Source: the human T2T-CHM13v2.0 reference genome, Homo sapiens
Length of the DNA: 64,000 nucleotides
Assembly (NCBI RefSeq): GCF_009914755.1
Contig: NC_060930.1
Direction: 5' to 3' (one strand)
This document shows positions 1-15,260 of the stretch, in pieces (positions within the stretch are counted from its first letter, which is position 1; every line of letters begins with the position of its first letter). The position numbers were made by a program, and so were the translations under genes. The notes below the pieces were generated by a model. That model was not told the origin of the DNA, did no database searches, and saw only the letters and a list, made by a program, of their open reading frames with translations.

Positions 1-731
1 AGAGCTTTATTAATTCCAGATTTGTGACCAAAGATGGGGATCTTTTAAATGGAAATGGCAATTGGGAAATCCAGGACATAAAAGTAGAAGGGGCATTTTA
101 ACCAAGGAGGGATGAGAAAGGTTATGAGAAATAGAAATAGAGAGATGAAAATATAAAAAGAGATCTGGATCTAACACAATCCCAGGAGTAACATTCCAGG
201 AGTTCTAACAACAACTGATAATGTCTTAACATTGATATTCTCATCAATCGTAACTGTGCTTGGAAGTCATACGAGACACTAATAATATAGTACTCGTGAT
301 GGGCTTAGGTTATATGCCATTCTCTTGGAATTTCAAAGGGTTAGAATAGCTTTCATGAAGTGAGAGTGAAGCATGTATGCTTGTCTTCAGACCATCACAA
401 CTGAGAAAAATAATTATATTAATAAAAGGGCTTAATTAGAAAGGAGCCATTTGAGAAGAATTAAGTCACTTTGATTAATATAATTACCTTTCTCACAGAA
501 TTAATCAAGATTTAACTTTAACATATAACCCCAGATCACTTGCTAGAATTCTGTGTGTCTGAAAACCAAGTTTTGAAACTCACTTTTCATGTAGATTCAT
601 TATCCTGGTGTTCCCAAACTTAGTTTATCAGCTGGAACAACTGTGGAGCTTTGGCCACCACCCCAGACCACTAACTCAGAATCCCTAAGATGGAGACTGG
701 GAATTTAGGTTGCTTGCTTAACCCTCTACAT

Positions 732-1092
732 CAGAGGTCTTTAACCTTTTTGGCACCGGGGCCCGTTTGATGGAAGGCAATTTTTCCACAATGGGGCAGG
801 GAGAGGGGGATGGTTTCAAGGTGAAACTTCCTGATTCTCAGATTCCTGAATCCTCAGATTATCAGGCATGATTTAGATTCTCATAAGAAGCATGCAACCT
901 AGATCCCTCGCATGCACAGTTCACAATAGAGTTTGCACTCCTATGGGAGTCTAATGCCACTGCTGATATAACAGGAGGCAGAGCTCAGGCGGTAATGAAC
1001 GCTCACCTGCCGCTCACCTCCTACTGTATTGCCCAGTTCCTAACGGGCCACGGACTGGCACAGGTCCACAGCCCTGGGGTTGGGGACCTCTG
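732..1092. mobile_element. MER1B-like hAT-Charlie non-autonomous DNA transposon
   Basis: Termini CAGAGGTC...GACCTCTG are inverted repeats. Internal GATTCTCATAAG/CAACCTAGATCCCTCGCATG matches MER1. Degenerate 8-bp TSD CTCTACAT (724-731)/CTCTAGGT (1093-1100). Confidence 0.85.
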
Positions 1093-1199
1093 CTCTAGGT
1101 GTTTGGGCCCTTGCATGATGGGGATGAGTTTCAAATATCAAAACATTCAGCACTTTGAGTAACTTGTTAATCTTTGGTATATAACATAACAATAAAATC

Positions 1200-1400
1200 T
1201 ATCATTTATTGTTGTATACTATGTGCCAGAGGATAACGTGCATTTTCTCCATCCACACCTTAATGCTTCCAGGCATCATTATTCCCATTTGACAGATCAG
1301 AAGTTAAATAGCAGAGCAAGTCTCTGGTTTGCCTAAGGTTTTACAGTTAGTAAAAGGCAGAGCCAGGATTCCGGCACAATTCAGCCTAACTCTGGAGCTT
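1200..1400 (-). mobile_element. MIR SINE remnant
   Basis: TACTATGTGCCAG...ATTCCCATTTGACAGAT...GGCAGAGCCAGGATTC resembles the antisense MIR core. Confidence 0.65.
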
Positions 1401-3718
1401 GTGAGCTTCTCAGAGTAGCATCCATAGGATGTTATGATCCTTCATACAATGGCCTGCCCATGTATATGAGGTTTGGTGTTGGCATATTTAATAAGAAGAG
1501 TTTTATATTTATTTCCACAAAGTCCCAATAATTTTCAGCTGGTAAGAATTCTGAGTTGTGAGATGGTAACAGAATTCTAAGCCTGGTTGTCTCACAATCC
1601 TTTAGCTGATAAATGCTTTGAGATTTGCATTTTAATTATAACAAGGACAAAAATATGGAAAATACAAAATATATTTTCTCTCTTCATATGGAAGGGAGAA
1701 GAAATGTCTTCTCCCTTAGGAGCTTTGTAGTAAATGAAATGTCCCATTCTTAAGCTTTTCTCTCTTTGCCTTCTTCTTACTCCCCTTCCCACGCTAGGTT
1801 TCAGTTCATTCCCAACAGTGCAGGTGGCTGTAGGAGGTACAACTTGGCTGAGGAGGAGAAAGCCCATTGGTAATGTTCTCATGTTCTTCTGTAGATAGAG
1901 TAAGCCTTTTCCACATCTAAAGGGCTTTGAAATTGGCAGGAGGATTGGAACCTCAATCCTCATTCCTAAGTAATACTTCTAGGTTTCCAGCAACTCATTT
2001 AATTTTTGATTCCTGTGATCCATTCTTATATAAGGTTATCTGCAAATTTGATGTAATCTGCATTGTACTTCAACAAACCACAAGTCAAGGGTTTCTTACT
2101 GTGAGTTTCCTATAGAAAGATAATGCTGTGAATAAAAATCCTACAAGAAATAAAAAATCATGGCAGGCTCCGTAGAAGCAGTGAAATATATCCATCTTTT
2201 AAATATAAACATCCTAAAATGTTAACGCAGAAAGAGTAATAGAAAATACGTGAATATTGAAATGAACCAATTACGCTTGCTAATAAAGGTAGTCTTGCCA
2301 GTTTGCATCAAGCTTTTGGTTCTCAGGACCAGCCTGCATGTGTGTTAAGAGTTGCTTTGTTTATATTTTTATCTCTCTGCTACACGCTACGCATCAAGTA
2401 AACATGGACAATGCCTTGAATTAGAGGAATGAACATGTTTTTCGGGCAACCTGGCAACCGTGCTGAGGGAGTGTATTTCACATTCACTTTCTCCACTCTC
2501 CTGAAGTTGTCAGGCTAAGTGCCTACCAGCTGGGTGTTTACACTTTGGGGCTAAGGAGGGGAAAATGTTTTGGCTTATACACACTGACACCAATGGCTCA
2601 AATCCCAGTAATTTGAGGGACCCCTGTTGTTCCGCAAATTCCTGCCCATTTTCTAGTTCACTTAAAACATGCTGACAATTGTCTTGTATGTTCTATCAGA
2701 AAGGAGGACTCTGTCATTGAAGCAAAAAACCATTCTGTGCACAAGCAGAGTGTGTGTGATTAACTCACATCTTTCATACAAATATGTATATATAATTATG
2801 TTTAAATATTTATGGAATAATGATCACATTTCTATGTGAGAGAGGAACAAAAATAGCAATTAGATTGCAGCTTGGCTGTGGGGCATGTGTAATAAAGCTT
2901 ATCCTACCCTTCACCCCTGCCTCCAGGCTATCAGAGCAAACTTTTTTGTTCAAACTATTGTATCATATAAAATTTTAATAATATTTTGAAAGAATAAAGG
3001 GCTGTCCCTTCTGTGGCATTATTCCACATCCTGACCTCATCTTTGGTAGGATTTCTTCTTTAGAGATATGTACTCTGGCATCATTTGAATTACGGAGCAG
3101 AACAATTCTACTAAAATGCCCAAGAATACAATAATAAAATGTAGAAATTTTAACTTCTTAGAGACAGATGCAAATATTCACTTCTCCATGCTCACAGATG
3201 AAATTAGTAAATAAATGAAGAGCATTGATTTTTATTTTGTTCCTTTTAAAGAAACTTAACAACTGCACAGGAATGTAAAGATGTATGAAGATGTAATTAT
3301 AGCACAAGCCAGCATATGATAAATACTACAACAATGGTACAAGAACAGTCATAGGAGATTACAGATTAGGGGGCCTCTGTTTCTAGCAACAGGATAGATG
3401 AGATCGTCTAAAAACTTTCCACACAATACATTAGAAAAGCTGGATACAATTATGACAAACATCTTTTTAAATGCACAGTTAATAATTTGTGAAAATAATG
3501 TAAATTTCTAAATAGAGAGAATGAGAAGGGGATCTTGAAACCAAAAAGATGACCCCACACCATGCATAAAACTGTCCTGGGAAAATAAGTCACTCTTAGC
3601 AAACTAGAGTCTTGGATTTGAAATGGGTGCCCATGTGACCAAGAGCCAAAGCCTTTGGCATGTGCAAAGTGAAGAAGTATATCCCTGTATAAAGCTAGAA
3701 TTCTTCAAAAGCTACACA

Positions 3719-3773
3719 TTAGACTGGTGCAAAAGTAATGGCAAAAACCACAATTGCTTTTGCACCAACCTAA
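3719..3773. mobile_element. MADE1 (Hsmar1 MITE), internally deleted form
   Basis: TTAGACTGGTGCAAAAGTAAT...ATTGCTTTTGCACCAACCTAA terminal inverted repeats, followed by TA. Confidence 0.9.
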
Positions 3774-4193
3774 TATTTAGCCAGTGAAATGGTGAATTAC
3801 CAAAACAAACCCCCAAATAAAAAATATAGATTAGGAACACGGAAGACAAGAAAATGTATTTCTCTTCACAGGGGGTCTGGATGAGTGAAAATCTCCTTCA
3901 AAAATTGATAACTGCAGGACTGTCCTTGTAGGGCAATTTGGAAACCTGAAGTGGAGAAATAGGCTTGCTAAGACCTTGCAGGATTTAGAGATAAAGCCCA
4001 GAAAAACATGAGTTAGCAATAAAAAAGCAAGCTTACTCTGAGGAATAAGCAACCTTGAGCTTGTTTGCTCAAGCACAATTTGACTACAAGGACTTCAGAT
4101 ACTGGACTTATTATATCCAAAATTTAAATATATTTCAAATATATAAATATGTGATGCAGAGATTTAATAACATTAGCAAGGAAAAGAGTACTA

Positions 4194-4851
4194 TAGATCG
4201 AGTATCCCTCACTTAAAATGCTTAAGACCAGAGTGTTTTGGATTTTGGATTGTTTTCAATACTGAATATTTGCATATACTTAATGAGGTATCTTGGGTAT
4301 GGAAGCCAAGTCTAAACAAAAAATTCATTTTAGAAAATTGTTTTATTTTTATTGATTTTTTTTTAGAGACAGAGTCTCAGTCTCACCCAGGCTGGAGTGC
4401 CACGTGGCGTGATCATAACTCACTGCAGCCTCAAATTTCTGGGCTCAAGTAATCATCCTGCTTCGGCCTCCTGAGTATCTGAGACTACAGGCATGCACTG
4501 CCATGCCTAGATAATTAAAAAAAATTTTTTTTTGTAAAAACAGGATCTTGCTATGTTGCCCAAGCTGGTCTCAAATTCCTGGGCTCAAGCTAACCTCCTA
4601 CCTCGGTCTCCCAAAGTACTGGGATTATAGGCATCAGCCACTGTGCCCTGCCCATTTATGTTTTATATATACCTTATACACATAGTCTGAAGATAGTTTT
4701 GTGTGATGTTTTTAATAATTTTCTGCCTGAAACAAAGTTTAAATACTTAGGAATGGAATTTTCCGCTTGTGGCATTATGTTGGCACTCAACAAGTTTTAG
4801 ATTTTGAAGCATTGTGAATTTTAGATTTTTAGATTAGGGATGCTCAACCAG
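4194..4851. mobile_element. Tigger4b/MER46-like DNA transposon split by an Alu
   Basis: Starts (T)AGATCGAGTATCCC and ends GGGATGCTCAACCAG (TIRs). The body is continuous across the Alu (AATTCATTT|CATTTATGTT). Confidence 0.8.
4338..4652 (-). mobile_element. AluJ
   Basis: Antisense Alu dimer with AluJ-type CACTGCAGCCTC..CTGGGCTCAAG, heavy CpG decay and poly(T) on the left. Confidence 0.9.
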
Positions 4852-5652
4852 AATAAAAAAGGCTGATATATAGATGTGTAAGAATCAAATAGATCTTCTA
4901 GAAATTAAAACAAAAATGTCGAAATGAATTTTCCATTGGGTGGGATAAACAGAAAAGATACAGCTAAAGAGAGAATTAATGAAGTATAATATAAATTTAA
5001 ATATATTTCCCAATATGCATAGGAGAGAGACACTAAAACATAAGAACCAAAAAAAGAGATTAAAGGACATAAATAATAAAGGATATGGTGTAATAAATGT
5101 CTCAGTAGTTCAAAAAATAGGCCTTTAGAAAAGGCAGTGAAGATTTTGATTTTCAATTCGGGAAGCAGAACAAATCCCAATAAGACAAACTAAAAGAAAT
5201 GCACACAAGACACACCACATTGAAATATTATGGTAATATATGCAGACTATCACAGACACAAGTCAGATTACGAACAGTGAGAAAGATTATCTGCAAAAGA
5301 ATGGCAATTAGGCCAAGAGCTGACTTCTCAATAACGATAATGGAAGCCAAAAGTGGTCCAATAATACTTTCCAAATCTAGAGAGGAAAATTGTCAAACTA
5401 GATTTTTATACCTAGAAAACCAACTTTCAAGATCGAAGGAGAAATTGAGACATTTTCAAGTAAATCCAAACTGAAAGTTTATCACTAATGATACCTTATA
5501 ACAGATATTTCTCTGAAAGAGGAAAAGTAATTCCAGAGGAAAAGTCTGAGATGCAAGAATAGGGAACAAAGAAATCTCTAAGTTTGTAGGCACAGCTAAA
5601 CAAACATGTTATAATATGCACAATCTTGGAAGGTTAAAAAATATAAGACAGC

Positions 5653-6590
5653 ATGGTAGGCAGAATAATGAACCCCCAAGGATGTCCATGTCCTAATTCT
5701 CAGAATCTGCGAATGTTGTTATATGACAAAGGGAAATTTATTTACTTATTTTTCTCTAAGCAGTCCCTCCTTTTTCATTTGCTTAATTAATTTTTTTAAA
5801 ATGTTAATAACTTTAGGGGTGCAAGTGGTGTTTGGTTATATGGATGAATTGTATAGTGGTGAAGTTGGGCTTTTAGTGTACCTATCACCTGAGTAGTACA
5901 CATTGTACCCAATAGGTCATTTTTCATCCCTGAGCCCATCCCACTCTCCCTCCGAGTCTCCAGTGTCCATGATACCACTCTGTATGCCTTTACATACTCA
6001 TAGCTTAACTCCCACTTATAGAAGTGAGAGCATGCAGTATTTAGTTTTCTGTTTCTGAGTTAATTCACTTAATTCGTTCTTTTTTATGGCTGAGGAGTAT
6101 TTTATGGCACATACACCATATTTCTTTATCCACTCATCTATTGATGGGCACTTAGGTTGATTTTCTATCTTTGCAATTGTGAATTGTGCTGGAATTAACA
6201 TGTGCACTCAGGTGTCTTTTTTATATAATGGCTTCTTTTCCTTTGGGTTGATACCCAGTGGTGGATTTGCTGGATCAAATGGTAGATCTACTTTTAGTTC
6301 TTTAAAAAATCTTCATATTGTTTTTCATAGAAGTTGACCTAATTGAAATTCCCACCAGGAATGTATAAGCATTCCCTGACAAAGGGGAATTTACATTGCA
6401 GATGGAATTAAGGTTGCTGATCAGCTGACTTTAAAATAAGGAGATTATTGTGGATTATCTCCTGGGCCCAGTAAGATCCAAAAGGGTCTCAGAAGTGGAA
6501 AAGAGAGACATAAAACAGAGTCAGTTAGAGAGAGATGTGACTACAGGTGAAGTCAAAGTCAATGCAATGTGAGAAGTACTCGACCAGCAG
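5653..6590 (+). mobile_element. MLT1D/E-type MaLR LTR fragment split by an L1PB
   Basis: TGGTAGGCAGAATAATG..CCCCAAGGATGTCCATGTCCTAAT start. It resumes at 6377 with GCAGATGGAATTAAGGTTGCT..CAGCTGAC. Confidence 0.8.
5741..6376 (-). mobile_element. 5'-truncated L1PB3/PB4-like 3' end
   Basis: Antisense L1PB 3'UTR (CTTCACCACTATACAATTCATCCAT on minus). 17-bp TSD TGACAAAGGG(A/G)AATTTA at 5724-5740 and 6377-6393. Confidence 0.85.
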
Positions 6591-7899
6591 GATGAAATAG
6601 AAATAATAAAATAAGGTAGTATAAATCATTCCAAAAAATCAGTAGTAATGATAAAATAAAAATATATTCAACTCACTAGTTAAAAAATATAGATTGTCAA
6701 ATTGAGTAAAAACATCAAAATCTAGCTGTTGCTTTTTATAAGTGACATACCTAAAGTGTAAGAACATGGAAAGACTAATGGCAAAGTTATAGAAAAATTA
6801 TGCTTAGAAAATACTAACAAAGCATGTGGCTGGTATAGCTAGATTAAAAGCAGATCAAACATTTAAAAGTAAAAATATTAGTAGTATCAAAGAGGATTAC
6901 TACATAATGATAAGAAAGTATAATCTAAAGAAATATACAATCATTTCAAACTTTCACATGTCTTAATAACATGCAGTACTTTGAAAATTCCCAAAGCAAA
7001 TCTTGACAAATTTCAAAGAGCAATTCATAAGTCAACTGTTGTACTTGAAAGTATTAATACTTCTTAATGAATGGCAGTTCAAGCAGAAAAATTAATAAGT
7101 AACTTGAACAATATAGTTAACAAGCTTGAGATAATAGACCTACAGAGAAGCTAAACTCAAAATCACAAAACACATATTATTCTCAATTACACGTTAAACA
7201 TTTATAAAGTGTTACCATTTATATTCATAAATAGGTTGCAATAGACAAAAAATTATATAGACTCAATTACCTTATCAACTCAAATTAGTAATCAATAACA
7301 AGAATATAACTTAAATGAATCTATTCAGAAATTAAAGTTAAAAATTTATAATTAATTTATGAGTTAAAAAAATCATAATGGAACTTAGGAAACAGAACCG
7401 TATGCTTTTTTAGACACAATATTGAAATTTGTGAGGCAGAGCTAGAGTATTAAATACTTGCATTAGGAAAGAAGAAAAGTGAATACTAATGAGATAAACA
7501 TACAAATTAAGAATTTTTCTTAAAGAACAGAAAAATAAAACCTCAGGGAAAGTTGAAAGAATTAATAAATGTAAGAAGAGAAACTCATTTAGTATGTAAC
7601 AAAGGAGAGAAACACAAAGTCAAAGCTGTTTTATAGAGAAAGCTGATAAAATAGATAAAGCTATAGTAAATTTGAGCAAAAGAAATAAAGGAAAGGTACA
7701 AATAAACTATTAAGAATAAAATATGCAGCATAACTACAAAAACAGAACAAATTTACTCTTTCAGAATTAATACTAAAAACAACTTTGTGGCAATATATTT
7801 TAAAAATGAGAAAAAAAATCCTAGAAAAGTATAGCTTACAGAATTGATTCAAGAAGAAATAGAAGACCTAAATGGAACTATAATGAATATGGCAACTGA

Positions 7900-8270
7900 C
7901 AGTAGTTACAGGGCAGAGATTATTGGATGCTTACCAATGCTATTTCCTCTTCCCGGAAGTACATCTGCCTTGCCATTAGATTGAAGCTACAAGTTTGGTA
8001 CTAGTCAGTGGAATGAGGGCGAAAAAGATAATTATAGGACTATCCTCCAAAATCTTTCTTTCTTAAAATCTTTGGCTTGCTTTCATTTGCAGCTGAAGGT
8101 AAAGAAATTTCATGTGGTGGATTCCTACAAAAGAAAAAGCTGCAAAAGAGTCAACCAGGAAAGGTGCTAGACACACATCCAATGGCTGCTGAGTGATGAA
8201 TGAGAAAGAAACCTTCGGTGTAGTAAGCCATTGAAATTTGGGGGAAATTTGTAATAGCTGTTGCTGTAAA
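7900..8270 (+). mobile_element. Old MLT1 (I/J-type) LTR remnant
   Basis: GTCAGTGGAATGAGGGCG and the terminal TGAGAAAGAAACCTT..TAAGCCATTGAAATTTGGGG..TTTGT motifs. Confidence 0.55.
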
Positions 8271-9767
8271 CCTCCGCACTGCAAAACACACACATCCTAG
8301 ATAATTAAAAGACAACTTCTACCAGATGTTGAAGGGCACATCATTCCAATCTTATGTAAATTATTCCAGAGAATAGACAAAGAGGAACTATTCCTCCAAC
8401 AGATTTTAGGAAGCCAAAATAACCTTAATACCAACACTAGTGGAAAACAGAGTAAGAAAGGCACAACATGATTTATATGAGGAAATCCTAAACAAAGTAT
8501 TAGCAAATTGAATCCAACGAAAAATATACTTGAATTGTGTGCACACATACGAAATCATTCTTCAATTAACAAATATTTTTAAGCATCTGACGTATGCCAA
8601 GCAGCAACATAACACCTTGAGACGTCAGAGATCTTTGCCCTTGTAAACCTACATTCCAGCAGAAGAAAATAGAGAATCTATAAATAATAGAGACTTCCTA
8701 GTGTCATCCTTGACTGAGGCAATCTTTTTCTTGGTGCTGCCTAAAAACGCCTTTGTTTTTTAAAAATTGTATATTATTGATGACTCATACTAGCTTATAG
8801 TTAAAAGGAATTCCCCAACCTTTAGAAAAGTATATAAATCATTATAAGGACCAGTTTACTTATTATGATGTATGTTGAGTGTTCAAAACAGCAAAAAAGA
8901 GTAAAATAATAAATACCACATCCACCCACAGCTTATAAAAGAAAACTCTGCCCATTCTCCTGTATATTTCTCTGTGCTGTTTCTTTCTTGCCACATAGGG
9001 TTACCACTAACCTACATTGTTTTCCATTTTTATTGCACGCTTATATGTATTTTTAAGCAATAGAAGCTATTGTTTACAGGTTTTAGAACTTTATTAAATA
9101 CGTTTATGGACAGTAACTAATTCCATTTGTTTAAACGGTTTGGCATAAAATAGTAAATAATTCACAGCTAGTAAAACCAAAAAACAAAGAGATAACAACT
9201 ATTTGCTGCTTACAAGGAACAAATAAAATAAAAAACTTTAAATATTTAATTGAAATCACAACCATCCTGATATAATAAACATACTAGCTGTAAGACAGAG
9301 TGGTCATGCTGGACAGCATCTTCAAGAAACCCTCCCTGTGGTTTTTATTTGATCCCCATAACATCTATTTTAAATCTTCTTAATGGCTTTCAATAACAAC
9401 TTATAATTATATTTGTAAAGATCAGGCTCACTTTTTTAACAGATTGCTAAGTCTCATATAATTCATTAGGGCAAATTATATTGTTTCCAACAGTTCATTT
9501 TTCTGTTGTTGCTGGTGATTTCTATTGATGTAATGAATTTCTATACCGATTTATATCCAGCTATCTTCCAAAACTCTCTTGTATTAATTCTAATAATTAT
9601 TTTGTAGATTATCTTGGGTTTTTCTAAAGATATAATTACATTTTCTGCAAAAACTAATAGTCATGTTTCTTTATAATTTTTATAAATTTTACTTCCTAGT
9701 CTATTCTTATTGGATGACCATTACTTCTATTTAAATGTTGAGCAGAAGCAGTGCAAGAAGGCATTCT

Positions 9768-10087
9768 TTTTTTTTTTTTTTTTTTTTTGAGACGGAGTCT
9801 CCCTGTGTAGCTCAGGCTGGAGCTCAGGCTGGAGGGCAGTGGCGTCGCGATCTCGGCTCACTGCAAGCTCCGCCTCCCGGGTTCACGCCATTCTCCTCCC
9901 TCAGCCTCCTGAGTAGCTGGGACTACAGGCGCCCGCCACCACGCCCAGCTAATGCTTTTTTGTATTTTTAGTAGAGACGGGGTTTCACCGTGTTAGCCAG
10001 GATGGTCTCGATCTCCTGACCTCGTGATCCACCCACCTTGGCCTCCCAAAGTGCTGGGATTACAGGTGTGAGCCACCGCGCCCGGCC
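9768..10087 (-). mobile_element. AluY
   Basis: Diagnostic CTGCAAGCTCCGCCTCCCGGGTTCACGCCATT and CCGTGTTAGCCAGGATGG with many intact CpGs. TSD AAG(A/G)AGGCATTCT at 9755-9767 and 10088-10100. Inserted in an old antisense L1M remnant. Confidence 0.95.
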
Positions 10088-10925
10088 AAGGAGGCATTCT
10101 TGTGTTATTCCAGATTTTAAAAAGAACACTGCTAATAGTTCAGTTTTAAGTACATTTGTTACAAATTTTATCAGGTTAAGAAATTCCCTTTATTATATTA
10201 CCAATAATTGTTCTCATACAAGTTATTTTTATTTCCGCTGATTTTACAGATTTGGAAAGTGAGGCGTACACAGGCTAAATAACTTGCTTAATGAAACACT
10301 GGTCACAGAGTCAGAATGTGAAGAACAGGTTGTAGGACTGCAAAGCTCTTGCTGGGACTGTGGTCGTAGGCTTGCTCTCCGCTTTGGGCCCCACTACGTG
10401 ATTAAAAATGAAGGCTTAGGATATGTTTACTTGGCAAATATCAACAGGAAGCAGTTGGAGCAATATAAATTTCAGACAAAGTAAAATGAAGCCAACAGCA
10501 TTAAAATGAGACAAAGAGGGTCATTTTATGTTATCAAAAGTTATGGCTCAGAATGGTATAAATTATGAATTGTAGCATATCATCAAGCTATCAGACAAAT
10601 ACATGGAAATTAAGAGAAACAAAACTCTGTAGGAGATTTTAACATTTCTACCTCACCCTTTAACAGAATTAAAATAATAAAGAATAAATAATGACACAAA
10701 TTATTTGAATACCATAATTAATACATTAATGTTATATATCATTTTCTCTTGGACATCTCAAGTATTAACACCATTAACACCCCAAATACAATCTCAATAA
10801 ATTCCCCAAATCAAAAATTATACATATATTTCTTTCCATAAAGCAATAAATCTAGAAGTTAATAAATTTTTAAACAAAATAGTTTGTCTAAGAAATTTTT
10901 TAAAAATCACTCTTTTAAAGAACTA

Positions 10926-11234
<309 letters not shown>

Positions 11235-11527
11235 AAAAACTATTGTTTCAAAAATGAAATAAAAACTATAGTTGGTCTTTCAAAAAACAATATGTTTCAG
11301 AACACTAAAATTTATAGACTATAGATACATTGTAATTTAAAAAATTTACAAGCATTAGTGATTTTGTCATTAAGCAATAAAGAATTAATATTTCATGAAC
11401 TAAACTTTATATTCAAAAAGTTTAAAGAATCAGCAAAGCTAAAGAGATAAGAAAGATAAAGAAAAGAAGAACAATAAATTATGGAGAAAAGCAATAGAGT
11501 GTATAGGGTTAAAAACTGGTTGTTTGA

Positions 11528-13681
<2,154 letters not shown>

Positions 13682-13892
13682 AAAAACTGGTTATTTGAGA
13701 AAAACATGAAATAGACAAATATCTATAAATTATAATAAAAGGAAATACAAATTTACAAAATGAGAATTGAAAAGGCAAAAAGAGGCACAAAGTAGAAATA
13801 CAAAACACCAATGAAAAGTGGAAAATATGCTCACTAGTAAGCAAAATATAGACACTAAAGTACTGTTCTTCACTATTAATATAAGAAATTCT

Positions 13893-14208
<316 letters not shown>

Positions 14209-15260
14209 TCAAGATCATAGTAACGTGTCTGTTTTTTACATGGCAGCTAGAAGTTGGCACATCATTTCCCAAAAGGTAGCTTTTAAAAAGTCACACATTT
14301 TGACTCAATATGAATCTAACCCAAATAAAAAATTAAAATATCCCAAGACTTTTGCACAAGATCCAATTTTAATTTTTTATTTATAAATGAAAATTAGGAA
14401 TAAATCATTATGTACAATAATAGAATAATTGAAAATTAAATGAGATAAAACCACATGATAGAATTTTTAGAATATGACTGATGCAGGAAAATGCTTACTA
14501 AATAGTTTTTAGTGAAGGAAAAAGTAGGACACACCTGCTTTTTACAGTATGTACAGTAGACTCATGGCATTTAACATTGTAACCTTTGATTACTTAACAT
14601 TGGGTGGTTTGTGATGGACCTCTGTGATCTATGGTGAATAATATGTTTTCATTTGGAGAGAGAGCATATAAAAGATTACAGATCATTTCCTAGTCAATGT
14701 TTATATATATGTCTCATACATAACAACTTATTTGTTTTATAAAGCTCTATAAAGGCATTCCTAAATTCTTTGATATGAGAATACTCAACAGATATGAGTA
14801 TTTGACATATTTTGTTTTTCCTACAGAACATCATCATCCAAATCCCCTTTTCCCCTCCCTGACTCCAAATATTTATTAGAACCTGCAGCATAGGAGTGGG
14901 TGTGCTGGGCTGGATACAGAACATTAGGCTGACAGATTTTGACTGTCAGTTAATGTAGGAGATTTCTGATTTGATCTCACAATGTCCCAGCACCAAGTTA
15001 GTGAGGATGTGGCTGCTTGGGGTTCGGGTAAGCGAGTGTCCTGGTAGAGCATACTGTTTTAAAGCTCAGCAACTGTAGAATGAAAGAATGCTCCGAAGCT
15101 AAGACCTCTTGACTCATTATGACTAATACATCTCAGAGCTGTATCGTAAGGCAAATCAGTTCTTTATAAATAATTAACTTGGGTCAACCTGAGGTCAGAG
15201 ATAATTTGAATGCTACATGACTAAATGTTTCCTACCATCTAGCTAGTCTTGCTGACTCCT

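Larger units (their letters stand above)
3375..8550 (+). mobile_element. Ancient fragmented L1M (5' region, ORF1 and ORF2 remnants) interrupted by younger elements
   Basis: ORF 5199-5474 contains IRPRADFS..MEAK..EENCQTRFLY, a decayed ORF1p IRLTADFS..EAR..NCQPRILY motif. A-rich ORF2-like remnants lie at about 6650-7900 and 8300-8550. Boundaries approximate. Confidence 0.65.

Noticed and set aside
1592-1963. 123-aa minus-strand ORF
   Set aside because: No recognisable domain, and the length is within chance expectation.
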